This document shows, piece by piece, positions 29,793 through 40,666 of a stretch of 64,000 bases of DNA. Location: the NCBI GenBank assembly GCA_965198235.1, contig OZ240248.1, positions 1,344,001-1,408,000 of the forward strand, given 5' to 3'. Made by a program: the position numbers and the translations under genes. The notes beneath the pieces are model-generated. The model was not told the DNA's origin, searched no databases, and saw only the letters and a list, made by a program, of their open reading frames with translations. The DNA comes from Candidatus Poribacteria bacterium. Lineage in GTDB: Bacteria > Poribacteria > WGA-4E > WGA-3G. Positions within the stretch are counted from its first letter, which is position 1. Each line of letters starts with the position of its first letter.

Positions 29793-29957
29793 TATCCTAT
29801 GTAAGAGAGACCTATCTTGTGCCTACCCGCACATTACTTTAAGGAGAATATCATGTCGGAAGAAACAGCTGTATATCAAGGCGGATCAAAGAACCAGAAG
29901 CAGAATTGTTAGGCAGATCGCCAAATCAGTAAGTTTATCAGAGAGGCTTATACGTAT

Positions 29958-30494
29958 ATGGAAATAGGTATTCTTATAGGGTTGTTTCTTACGAACATTA
30001 TTTTGATTTTCTTGGACAGCCGTCAGCGAAGCGCGTTTCGTCAAACCAAGAAGCACCTCCAAGATAAATTGCTCAAAAAGATTGAAGATGTCGAGCTTCT
30101 ACAGCACCGTCATCATCAGACCGAGACACGCCTCCAAGATAAATTGCTCAAAAAGATTGAAGAGATCGAACACCTGTTGAAGCAATACCGCACATCAACA
30201 TTATTCGATTACCAGGCCCCTTGGTGGCGAGACTACTCGTGGTTATATCGACATGTGCGGGGCTGGCAGTGCGAAGAATGTCAACTCTCGTTGAACTTGG
30301 ATAGGCAGTATCTGCACACGCACCACATCTCCGGGACACAGCATAACGATCCGAATGATTTGAGGGCATTGTGTATCGCATGCCATTCAGAACAGCTGGG
30401 TACAAATCATGAAAGACTCCAGTCACTCGAAGACTATCACGAATTTATGGAGAAATATGGCGAGCAATGGCAATTAAGAAGGATCATAGCATAA
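29958..30494 (+). CDS. HNH endonuclease-domain protein with N-terminal TM helix
   Basis: GWQCEEC..LHTHH....HNDPNDLRALCIACH; duplicated LQDKLLKKIE coil. Confidence 0.8.
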   Translation: MEIGILIGLFLTNIILIFLDSRQRSAFRQTKKHLQDKLLKKIEDVELLQHRHHQTETRLQDKLLKKIEEIEHLLKQYRTSTLFDYQAPWWRDYSWLYRHVRGWQCEECQLSLNLDRQYLHTHHISGTQHNDPNDLRALCIACHSEQLGTNHERLQSLEDYHEFMEKYGEQWQLRRIIA

Positions 30495-30735
30495 TTGAGA
30501 CCGAATGAAATTCTGAATCTTCATTTAGGGTGAATTAAAAAAATACGTTGACACTTTTTCACACGACGTGCGATGAATCGCACGACTACAAACGCTTCCT
30601 CGTTAAGGGTAGGTGTAAACGTAATTGTAAGTTTCACCATAGTTTGTGGCATTCTGAAGTCCGCATCACACAACGACGAACTCTAGCGACTTCACACAGA
30701 CACCGCCCCGCTGGGGCTACTGACGGAACACTTTG

Positions 30736-31521
30736 ATGGATTTACGCCCCGACCAGCATTTTGTCTATGCGTGGTGCTACACAGACGATACCGCCTGTAA
30801 ACTCGGATATAGTACCACTCGCACCTTTTATTCCCGCATCAAAGCCGCAAAAACGGTGACGCATCAGCCGGTCGAACTCCTCGGGGTCGAGGTCTTCAGC
30901 ACCGAAGCCGCAGCCCGGGCAGCGTATCAGCAACGGCTGGAAACTTTTCAGCAGCTCGCGGATCGACGGGCATGGGTGCACCTCACCGATGCGGTATGGA
31001 AATGGTTGAACACGGAGTGTCTCCCAAACCCACCTACCCTTGAGGACTTCAAAGCTGCGTTTCTCAAGGACCCAGTGCGTCGGGAGAAGGAACGCACCTA
31101 TCAACGCAGAACCTCACGGAAACGGGCTGCCGCGAAACGCCGGCAGAAACGCACAGGACGCACCGAGCAACAACGCGCTTACGAACGCGAATATCAGCGG
31201 AAACGTCGAGAAACCGATCCTGCGTATCGGGAAAAACAAAAGCAGCGTCAGAAGGCGTGGCGAGCGAAGCACCCCGATTACGATAAAAAACGGTATGCGA
31301 ATGACCCGGAGTATGCAGAAAAACACAAAGCCGTACGCCGCAAAAAGTATGCGGAAGACCCGGCATACCGTGAACAACAGAAAACACGTTGGAACGAATG
31401 GAAACAGGAGAACCCGAACTACAGGCAACGTCGCGCTGCCTATATGCGAGAATGGCGAAAGAAAAACCCCGACTACGACAAAAACCGGTATCGAGCGAAG
31501 GTGGCAGCGGAAGAAGAATAG
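30736..31521 (+). CDS. Possible GIY-YIG (T5orf172-like) domain protein with long basic repeat tail
   Basis: FVYAW..ACKLGYSTT..SRIK; tail of DP.Y.E / (N/H)PDY.K repeats, very Arg/Lys-rich. Confidence 0.55.
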   Translation: MDLRPDQHFVYAWCYTDDTACKLGYSTTRTFYSRIKAAKTVTHQPVELLGVEVFSTEAAARAAYQQRLETFQQLADRRAWVHLTDAVWKWLNTECLPNPPTLEDFKAAFLKDPVRREKERTYQRRTSRKRAAAKRRQKRTGRTEQQRAYEREYQRKRRETDPAYREKQKQRQKAWRAKHPDYDKKRYANDPEYAEKHKAVRRKKYAEDPAYREQQKTRWNEWKQENPNYRQRRAAYMREWRKKNPDYDKNRYRAKVAAEEE

Positions 31522-31568
31522 CCGTTCAAGGCTGCCAATAATCCATTCCAACCTCCGATTCCCGACTT

Positions 31569-31725
31569 CTTCTGTAGGATTCTCACTGCGAAGCACTCCC
31601 GGTCGCGATTCTTACTGACTCCTTCTGTAGGATTCTCACTGCGAAGCACTCCCGGTCGCGATTCTTACTGACTCCTTCTGTAGGATTCTCACTGCGAAGC
31701 ACTCCCGGTCGCGATTCTTACTGAC
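31569..31725 (+). repeat. Tandem repeat, 3 x 53 bp, REP-derived
   Basis: Unit cttctgtaggattctcactgcgaagcactcccggtcgcgattcttactgactc starting at 31569, 31622 and 31675. Confidence 0.95.
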
Positions 31726-31906
31726 AACCGATTCCTAATAATCCTGCAAATCTCTAAATCTTGTAAATCCTCCTTCAGACAGTTACCAATCACAAAAATC
31801 CCTAAATCACAGAAATCACAGTTCAGACAATTATCACCCAAAGGGTATATAATCCTGAAAATCCTGATTCTGACAATTACCCTTTCTCTTTATGCTAATT
31901 TTCTGC

Positions 31907-31935
31907 TTGACATCTATCCGAAAATCCCCTAAAAT
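31907..31935 (+). promoter_or_regulatory. Putative sigma70 promoter of the sulfatase gene
   Basis: TTGACA-17 nt-TAAAAT, nearly the same sequence as 8906-8934. Confidence 0.6.
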
Positions 31936-32145
31936 TCAAAAAAGGTGTGCAGCCTGAAACGAAGTGGAAGGGTTTTTGCTTGGGCGTTTCCCCTTGCTTG
32001 GGGTTTTTGCTTGGGGTTTTTGCTTGGGGTTTTTGCTTGGGTGTTTCTGTGGATTTCTGCGGATTTCTGTGGATTTCTTCAACTCCGCATCAGATACCGT
32101 GAAATCCCAAATCCGCGTTGTTTAACCGCAAGGAAAATTAAAAAA

Positions 32146-33513
32146 ATGCCACAAAGTGATACAAATCAACCGAATGTCATCGTCTTTTTCACCGACCAGC
32201 AACGGTGGGACACCTCCGGCTTGCACGGCAATCCACTCGACTTAATGCCCAACTTCGACCGGATGGCACAGCGTGGAACACATGTCCACCGCTCTTTTAC
32301 ATGTCAACCCGTCTGCGGGCCCGCCCGCTCCTGTCTACAAACGGGATTATACGCAACTCGCACTGGATGCTTCCGAAACGGTATCCCACTATCCCCCAAC
32401 CTCAAGACCCTCGCGCACCACTTCGGTGAGGCAGGCTACGCCACCGGATACATCGGGAAATGGCACCTCTATAGCGGCGGTACCGGTCCGGGACCTGTGC
32501 CAGCTGAGCATCGCGGCGGGTATGACGACTGGTTAGCGTCCAACACCCTTGAATTTACTTCCGATGCGTATCAAACAACACTCTACAATAACGACAATCA
32601 ACCCGTTGACCTCCCCGGCTATCGTGTGGATGCGCTCACGGATGCAGTGATACGTTACGTTGATCGGCGTAAGAGCGAACCTTTTTATCTCTTTACGTCT
32701 TACATTGAACCGCATCACCAGAATCATCTGGACGATTATCCGCCGCCGGATGGGTATCGCGAACGATACGCTGGGAAATGGATACCCCCGGACCTCGCCG
32801 CGCTCGGTGGTTCGACACATCAACACTTGGGGGGTTACTACGGTATGGTGAAAAGGCTGGACGAAGCACTCGGCAGACTGCTGGATGCGCTCAAGAGCCT
32901 CCACCTGCTTGATAACACTGTCATCCTCTTCACCTCTGACCACGGGTGTCATTTCAAAACCCGCAACGGTGAATACAAACGCTCATGCCACGAGAGTTCC
33001 ATCCGTGTCCCGACGGCGTTCCACGGACCCGGATTCATCGGGGGTGGACAGATCCAAGAACTTGTGAGCCTTGTGGACCTCCCGCCGACGCTCCTTGATG
33101 CCGCTGGTTTGGAAGTACCGGGTGAGATGCAGGGCAAATCCATTCTGCCACTCCTACGTGGAGAAACGGATGACTGGCAAGAGGAGGTTTTCGTTCAAAT
33201 CAGTGAGGCGCAAGTCGGACGTGCCGTCCGAACCCAACGCTGGAAATACGGCGTGGATGCCCCGCATAAAAATGGGGGTGCAGATGCCGGGTCCGACCGG
33301 TATGTCGAGCAGTATCTTTATGACCTCCAAGCCGATCCCTACGAGTTACGGAACCTTATTGGATTGCAATCCCACGAAGTTGTCACAACGGTGATGCAGG
33401 AGCGACTCATTCGTCGGATGCTTGAGGCAGGTGAAGAGGCACCCACAATCGAACCTGCACCCACACAAAGAAGTGGACAACGCCGTGTCTCCGAAACAGA
33501 AGCAAGAAGTTGA
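32146..33513 (+). CDS. Sulfatase (Cys-type, arylsulfatase A-like)
   Basis: PNVIVFFTDQQR, CGPARSCLQTG (CxPxR), GYIGKWHL, FTSDHG. Confidence 0.92.
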   Translation: MPQSDTNQPNVIVFFTDQQRWDTSGLHGNPLDLMPNFDRMAQRGTHVHRSFTCQPVCGPARSCLQTGLYATRTGCFRNGIPLSPNLKTLAHHFGEAGYATGYIGKWHLYSGGTGPGPVPAEHRGGYDDWLASNTLEFTSDAYQTTLYNNDNQPVDLPGYRVDALTDAVIRYVDRRKSEPFYLFTSYIEPHHQNHLDDYPPPDGYRERYAGKWIPPDLAALGGSTHQHLGGYYGMVKRLDEALGRLLDALKSLHLLDNTVILFTSDHGCHFKTRNGEYKRSCHESSIRVPTAFHGPGFIGGGQIQELVSLVDLPPTLLDAAGLEVPGEMQGKSILPLLRGETDDWQEEVFVQISEAQVGRAVRTQRWKYGVDAPHKNGGADAGSDRYVEQYLYDLQADPYELRNLIGLQSHEVVTTVMQERLIRRMLEAGEEAPTIEPAPTQRSGQRRVSETEARS

Positions 33514-33518
33514 AGAAA

Positions 33519-33910
33519 GTCTGAACTGTGATTCTTGTGATTTAGTGATTGATATGATTATGGGTTCTTGATTTCGGAGAGTTGGTTCTCGTTTACAAGC
33601 GGGTTTTGTTAAACGAAACCTCGTGTATTGGTTATAAGTTGTAAATGAGGAGATATTCAGTCTACCCAAGAACTCTTAACTTATAACTTCCTTCAAGAGA
33701 AGTTGCCAATCACAGAAATCATATAATCACAGAAATCACAGTTCAGACGGAAGGGTTAACATGGTAGATAAACCCAAGTTACTACTAACAAATTTTGAAC
33801 GTTCCAATAAGGTTCTTCAAGCACTCTTGCCACCCCATAGGGGTGCTATGTCTATAGAAAACGGTGTATGGCAGAAACCGCACCCCATAGGGGTGCTATG
33901 TCTATAGAAT
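33519..33910. repeat. Inverted AATCACAGA-type repeat pair plus partial MITE
   Basis: gtctgaactgtgatt (33519) ... aatcacagttcagac (~33748); acccaagttactactaac (33773) followed by caccccataggggtg hairpins. Confidence 0.7.
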
Positions 33911-33989
33911 TTAAGAATCTTGTACAGTGATGATCGGAAACCTGCGCGAAACGAAGTGGAGCGCAGCCCAGGAGCCCATAGTTAAAAAA

Positions 33990-35135
33990 ATGAAAATTAC
34001 AGATGTCAAAACCCTTGTCATGGGGACCAGTTGGCGCAACCTAACGTTCGTGAAAGTTGAAACCGACGAAGGCTTAACCGGTGTCAGTGAAGTGCGGATG
34101 AACAACCGAACTGACGCACTCGTTGCCTATATCGATGGCGCGAAACGACGGCATGTCATCGGAAGCGATCCGTTCAACACCGAGGACCTCTACCAACGTC
34201 TGTTCCGCGACGATTATGGTCGCGCCGGTGAAATCGTTGCAACCGGTATCAGCGTTATTGAAATTGCATGCTGGGATATTGTCGGTAAAGCACTGAACCA
34301 ACCCGTCTACCGCTTACTCGGCGGAGCCTGCCGCGATAAAATCAAAGCGTATGCCAACGGGTGGTATCGTGTTGAACGCGCACCAGAGGAGTTTCATGCC
34401 GCCGCCAAAAGAGTGCTGGCAAAAGGCTACCGAGCCCTCAAGTTCGACCCCTTCGGTGCAGGCTATTATGAACTCTCTTATGAAGAGAAGTTGAAATCCG
34501 TTGAACTCGTCGAAGCCGTACGGGATGCCGTCGGACCTGATGTCGAAATTCTTGTTGAGATGCACGGTCGGTTTAGCCCGTATATGGCAATCGAAATTTC
34601 TGCAGAATTGGAGAAATTCCAACCGAGTTGGGTTGAAGAACCTGTGCCGCCCGACAACATCGCTGCACTCGCAAAAGCCGCTGAGAAGATTAACCTCCCC
34701 GTTGCCACAGGGGAACGGCTCCACAACAAGTATGAATACCGTGAATTGATTAACTTACAAGCCGCAGACATCCTGCAGCCCGACATTACCCAGACAGGCG
34801 GATTCTTAGAAACCAAGAAGATCGCGGCGATGGGCGATATGTGCTATATGACGGTAGCGCCCCACAACGTCGGTGGACCTGTCTCTACAGCGTCGGCTCT
34901 ACACTTTGCCGCAGGTACCACGAATTTCAAGATTCAGGAGCATTTCAACGATTTCTCTGAAGCGTGGGTTAAGGAGGCTGCCACCGGGTGCCCCGAAGTC
35001 ATTGACGGCTATTTTAGTCTGCCCAATGGACCGGGACTCGGTATGGAGTTGAATGAAGATCTCATCGCTGAACATCCTTATCGCGAAGGTTCATTCAACC
35101 TCTGGGAAGACGACTGGCACAAACGCGAATATTAG
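33990..35135 (+). CDS. Mandelate racemase/galactonate dehydratase-like enolase superfamily protein
   Basis: WDIVGKALNQPVYRLLGG, KFDPFG, EMHGR, EEP, GER, QPD, APHN. Confidence 0.9.
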   Translation: MKITDVKTLVMGTSWRNLTFVKVETDEGLTGVSEVRMNNRTDALVAYIDGAKRRHVIGSDPFNTEDLYQRLFRDDYGRAGEIVATGISVIEIACWDIVGKALNQPVYRLLGGACRDKIKAYANGWYRVERAPEEFHAAAKRVLAKGYRALKFDPFGAGYYELSYEEKLKSVELVEAVRDAVGPDVEILVEMHGRFSPYMAIEISAELEKFQPSWVEEPVPPDNIAALAKAAEKINLPVATGERLHNKYEYRELINLQAADILQPDITQTGGFLETKKIAAMGDMCYMTVAPHNVGGPVSTASALHFAAGTTNFKIQEHFNDFSEAWVKEAATGCPEVIDGYFSLPNGPGLGMELNEDLIAEHPYREGSFNLWEDDWHKREY

Positions 35136-35140
35136 GTCGC

Positions 35141-36659
<1,519 letters not shown>

Positions 36660-36754
36660 GGCACCCCCGGCCCGGTAGGTGCGGTTTTCTGCTTGTGGGA
36701 GGGGTGTTTTTGCTTGGGTGTTTCTCCCGGCTTACCGAATTATTTATTGAAACG

Positions 36755-37771
36755 CTACAATCGCGCCTCTAAGAACGCAATCCCAGTTTCCAAATCAATC
36801 TCATGTTCACCCTGAAAGTGATCCAGCACTAATGGGTCGCGTTGCCCTGATGCTGTGTAGATATTCTCCAGTTGCCCGAACGCCGCCAAAGCGTCTGATT
36901 CGATAAAACACATATCGTCCGAACCGATCTGCACCATACACGCTCGCGGGGCAATGAGTCCGGCTACGTCAGCGATGTCCCCTGCTTTCCGAAGCCCGAA
37001 CATAAACTGCGAACCGCACGTATTCCCACGTCCCCTATCATTTAACGCATCCGTCAATGTACTGAGATAACAGACAATGACTGCCGCCTTCACCCGCTGG
37101 TCCAGGGCGGAAATATAGGTCGTCATCGTGCCACCGAATGAACATCCCATGCATCCTAAACGACGCGCATCAACTTCGGGGAGCGACTGGAGATAGTCCA
37201 AACACCGTTGTCCGTCCGAGATATTCAGCTGCATCAGTTGATAGCCGAAATACCCGTATGCGAGATAAGCAACATTGCATCCATCGCGACCGGGGCGGCG
37301 CACCCACGCATCTCTATCCTTTCGTTCACCGAAGCACCGCCAGTCGGGTGCTAATGTAACAAAACCACGCCTCGCCAATTCCACGGCGTACTGTTTCTGA
37401 TAGTCCTCCACAATCCCGACTGCCCCGTCTTTACCGACTCCGTGTCCGTGTGCACATAATACTGCAGGGGCTGGATTCTTCGCGCTTGCACTTTCCGGGA
37501 TTAAAACATACGCTGGAATTGAAGAAAATGGATCTGGGTTAAAAATTATCTTTTTCCGTGTATAGCCGTACTTTTTTATCTCCTCCAAGGTTTCAACTTC
37601 CAATGGCAATGCTTCCGGCACAGGGCCCAGGTCCTTGACGAGGTTGCGCCGGAATCTTCTTCGCCATTCTTGCCACTCCGTTTTTGTCGTCCCGTTGAAA
37701 TGGAGGGGTGGGGTTGCGTTCAGAAGTTGTTCAACGCCTTGCTCTGCTGTCAAAAAACGCCGCGCTACCAT
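36755..37771 (-). CDS. Alpha/beta hydrolase (dienelactone hydrolase/acetyl esterase-like)
   Basis: PAVLCAHGHG, DYLQSLPEVDARRLGCMGCSFGG nucleophile elbow. Confidence 0.85.
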   Translation of the reverse strand: MVARRFLTAEQGVEQLLNATPPLHFNGTTKTEWQEWRRRFRRNLVKDLGPVPEALPLEVETLEEIKKYGYTRKKIIFNPDPFSSIPAYVLIPESASAKNPAPAVLCAHGHGVGKDGAVGIVEDYQKQYAVELARRGFVTLAPDWRCFGERKDRDAWVRRPGRDGCNVAYLAYGYFGYQLMQLNISDGQRCLDYLQSLPEVDARRLGCMGCSFGGTMTTYISALDQRVKAAVIVCYLSTLTDALNDRGRGNTCGSQFMFGLRKAGDIADVAGLIAPRACMVQIGSDDMCFIESDALAAFGQLENIYTASGQRDPLVLDHFQGEHEIDLETGIAFLEARL

Positions 37772-38058
37772 AATCGTGTCTCCTCCTGCTAATGATGTAA
37801 TACCGTTTCTGATTGGAAATTTTTCAAGTAGAATTATTTTTTGCTTTACTATGTATACCGCGAATTCAAGAAAAAATCAACTGTTATTTCTTTCTCAGAA
37901 GTTATCAGTTTTCAGCAGAATAGCCATCAGCTGTCAGCCGTCGGTTCTCCGTCAGAAAGAGTCGGGAATCGGAATTCCCTCCTACAGCGAAGGACCTGCC
38001 AGTAGGAAATCGAAATTAAGGGAGAGCTGAATGCCTCTGACTCTTTTCTCAATTTCCC

Positions 38059-38087
38059 TTGACTTCTACAGAATTCCATGCTATAGT
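38059..38087 (+). promoter_or_regulatory. Putative promoter of a leaderless mRNA
   Basis: TTGACT-17 nt-TATAGT, ATG 7 nt downstream, no SD. Confidence 0.55.
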
Positions 38088-38093
38088 AATTTC

Positions 38094-40295
38094 ATGGACG
38101 ACACATTGCTCAGCGTACAAAACCTCAAAACCTATTTTCGCACCCCGGAAGGACTTGCCCGTGCCGTTGACGGCATCTCTTTTGACATCAAACCGAACGA
38201 AATTTTTGCGCTCGTCGGGGAGTCCGGTTGTGGTAAAAGCGTCACCGCGCTCTCTATAATTCAACTCGTCGCGCAACCCGCCGGGTTCATCGCCGACGGT
38301 GCTATCTATTACAAAGGGCAAGACATCACACGCTTGTCTGAAGTTGAGAAACGGAGAGTCCAAGGCAACGACATTGCCATGATATTCCAAGAACCGATGA
38401 CCAGTCTCAACCCTGTTTTCACCATCGGCAACCAGATCTCAGAGGCAATCCAGGAACATCAAAACCTTCGGGGTACCGCCGCAAGGAATGCAGCAATTGA
38501 GATGCTCGACCGCGTCGGTATTCCGGAACCTGCTGCCCGTTACGACGAATATCCATATCAAATGTCCGGGGGTATGAAACAGCGCGTCATGATTGCTATG
38601 GCACTCTCCTGTCGTCCAGGGCTCCTCATCGCCGATGAACCCACAACCGCGCTTGATGTCACTATACAGGCACAGATCCTCGAACTTATCCAACGCCTCC
38701 AGCAAGAATTGCAGATGGCAGTCCTCCTGATTACGCATGATTTGGGGGTCGTCGCCAACATCGCCGACCAAGTTGCTGTTATGTATGCCGGAAAGATTGC
38801 TGAGATGGGAACATGGAAACAACTCTACGAAACGCCACAGCACCCTTACACGGTAAAACTCCTCGAATCGACACCCGCGCGGGATAAACGCGGAACGGAG
38901 TTGCACACAATTACCGGTAGAGTCCCGAAAGCGACCGAGTATAATGACGGTTGTCGATTCGCCGATCGGTGTCCTAAAGTCATGGACGGATGCGATAACA
39001 TTGTCCCTACGTTACATGCCGTTAACGGTAGCGAACACAAGGTCGCTTGTCATCTCTACAACCCCGAACCGCCATTTTCGGTGCAGCTTGCAAACCGAAA
39101 ACTTGCTATACAAAAGTCGGTGCAGCTTGCAAACCGAAAACTTGCTATACAAAAGTCGGTGCAGCTTGCAAACCGAAAACTTGCTATACAAAAGTCGGTG
39201 CAGCTTGCAAACCGAAAACTTGCTATACAAAAGCGTGCTACAGGAGTTCCGGCTACAAAACTTGAGCTTGAAACAGAGATTAACGAAAAAAATGAAGAAC
39301 CTTCGACACGGTTTCCAACGGCATCGCATCCTCAACTGCAGGTGAAGGACCTGTGTGTTCACTACCCTATTCAGAAGGGTATCTTCAAACGGACGGTCGG
39401 TTATGTTTACGCTGTTGATGATGTTACGCTTGATATCCCACGCGGCAAAACGCTCGCACTCGTCGGAGAATCTGGATCCGGCAAGACCTCCTTTGGCAAA
39501 GCTATTCTCCAATTAAGCGTGCCTGTCGAAGGCGATATTGTTTATGATGGCGTTAACATCGCTACGACCACCCGTCAACGGATGCATCCCTATCGGAAAA
39601 GAATGCAAATTATCTTCCAAGATCCCTACGCCTCCCTTAACCCCCGAATGACTGTGGGAGCTATTATTCAGGAGGGGATGCAGGCACACGGTATGGGTGC
39701 ATCCAATGAGGAACGGCAGGCGCGGGTCGCAGAATTGATGCGTCGTGTCGGTTTATCTCCTGATATGGTAACACGCTATCCACATGAATTTTCCGGTGGT
39801 CAAAGACAGCGCATCGGCATCGCACGGTGCCTCGCCGTCGATCCAGAGTTCATCGTCTGTGACGAGGCTACCAGCGCGTTAGATGTGTCCGTGCAAGCGC
39901 AAATACTCAATCTGTTGAAATCGCTACAGGTTGATTTTAATCTCACCTACCTCTTCATCACACATAACCTTTCCGTTGTCGAGTACTTCGCCGATGAAGT
40001 GGCGGTAATGTACCTCGGTAGAATCGTTGAGCGTGGGACAACAGAGGAGATTTTCGATTCACCCAAGCATCCTTATACCCGGGCACTCCTCTCCGCGGTA
40101 CCGAAGATGGATGAACAGACCGGCGTTGAAAAAATTCGATTGGAGGGCGATGTACCATCCCCTATCAATCGTCCATCCGGATGCCACTTTCATCCACGCT
40201 GTCCGGAAGTAATGCCGGTATGTAAAGACGAATATCCGGGTACAACCAATTTTACACAGACGCATTCATGCCGTTGCTATCTGTATCAGGCATAA
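38094..40295 (+). CDS. Dipeptide/oligopeptide ABC transporter ATP-binding protein, fused double ATPase
   Basis: Two Walker A motifs (GESGCGKS, GESGSGKT), MSGGMKQR / FSGGQRQR, two C-terminal Cys-rich oligo_HPY tails. Confidence 0.93.
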   Translation: MDDTLLSVQNLKTYFRTPEGLARAVDGISFDIKPNEIFALVGESGCGKSVTALSIIQLVAQPAGFIADGAIYYKGQDITRLSEVEKRRVQGNDIAMIFQEPMTSLNPVFTIGNQISEAIQEHQNLRGTAARNAAIEMLDRVGIPEPAARYDEYPYQMSGGMKQRVMIAMALSCRPGLLIADEPTTALDVTIQAQILELIQRLQQELQMAVLLITHDLGVVANIADQVAVMYAGKIAEMGTWKQLYETPQHPYTVKLLESTPARDKRGTELHTITGRVPKATEYNDGCRFADRCPKVMDGCDNIVPTLHAVNGSEHKVACHLYNPEPPFSVQLANRKLAIQKSVQLANRKLAIQKSVQLANRKLAIQKSVQLANRKLAIQKRATGVPATKLELETEINEKNEEPSTRFPTASHPQLQVKDLCVHYPIQKGIFKRTVGYVYAVDDVTLDIPRGKTLALVGESGSGKTSFGKAILQLSVPVEGDIVYDGVNIATTTRQRMHPYRKRMQIIFQDPYASLNPRMTVGAIIQEGMQAHGMGASNEERQARVAELMRRVGLSPDMVTRYPHEFSGGQRQRIGIARCLAVDPEFIVCDEATSALDVSVQAQILNLLKSLQVDFNLTYLFITHNLSVVEYFADEVAVMYLGRIVERGTTEEIFDSPKHPYTRALLSAVPKMDEQTGVEKIRLEGDVPSPINRPSGCHFHPRCPEVMPVCKDEYPGTTNFTQTHSCRCYLYQA
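39078..39233 (+). repeat. In-frame tandem repeat, 4 x 39 bp
   Basis: tcggtgcagcttgcaaaccgaaaacttgctatacaaaag x4 = SVQLANRKLAIQK x4. Confidence 0.97.
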
Positions 40296-40315
40296 TCGTA
40301 AGTATATTAGTTTTC

Positions 40316-40565
40316 CGTAGGTTGGGTTGAACGGAGCGTCTCAAATGTTATCGCCGCAAAGATGACCGGCGTTGTTGCATATACCTTTGATTGCGAAAAT
40401 ACCGAGTGAAACCCAACGCATTCCATGTAAGTGGTTGTGGGGATGTGTGGGTATAAATCGAGTTGGGTTTCACTTCTTTTTTGAGGGGATACGATGGAAT
40501 AGCGCGTTCAAAGACATTTGGACGTTCAAAGTCGTATTTCACAGTTGCGTTCAACCCAACCTACG
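40316..40565. repeat. REPIN-like element (GTAG-type REP inverted pair)
   Basis: cgtaggttgggttgaacg ... cgttcaacccaacctacg (18-bp perfect IR) with internal gtgaaacccaac/gttgggtttcac. Confidence 0.85.
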
Positions 40566-40666
40566 AGACTGAACTAATAGATTGTGCTACAAAGATGACA
40601 ACTTGCGTTAGATAACCGAACGAAGCACTACCATCGCTTCAACGAACCGCAAGGTAAATCAAAAAT

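Noticed and set aside
29833-29892. Short ORF with AAGGAG RBS after the MITE
   Set aside because: Only 19 codons and no homology evident; possibly a remnant
31569-31725. Possible CRISPR array
   Set aside because: Three contiguous identical 53-bp units with no unique spacers; REP-related; no cas genes
32124-32133. rRNA fragment (AACCGCAAGG resembles a 16S helix loop)
   Set aside because: Match is about 10 nt with no flanking rRNA similarity; treated as a leader motif
31945-32145. N-terminal extension of the sulfatase in the ORF track (similarly 3410, 19566, 33927, 38031, 50599)
   Set aside because: Translations of intergenic or repeat DNA (e.g. ggggtttttgcttggg); downstream ATGs fit family N-termini better
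39078-39233. Possible CRISPR array (39-bp units)
   Set aside because: No spacers; in frame inside a CDS
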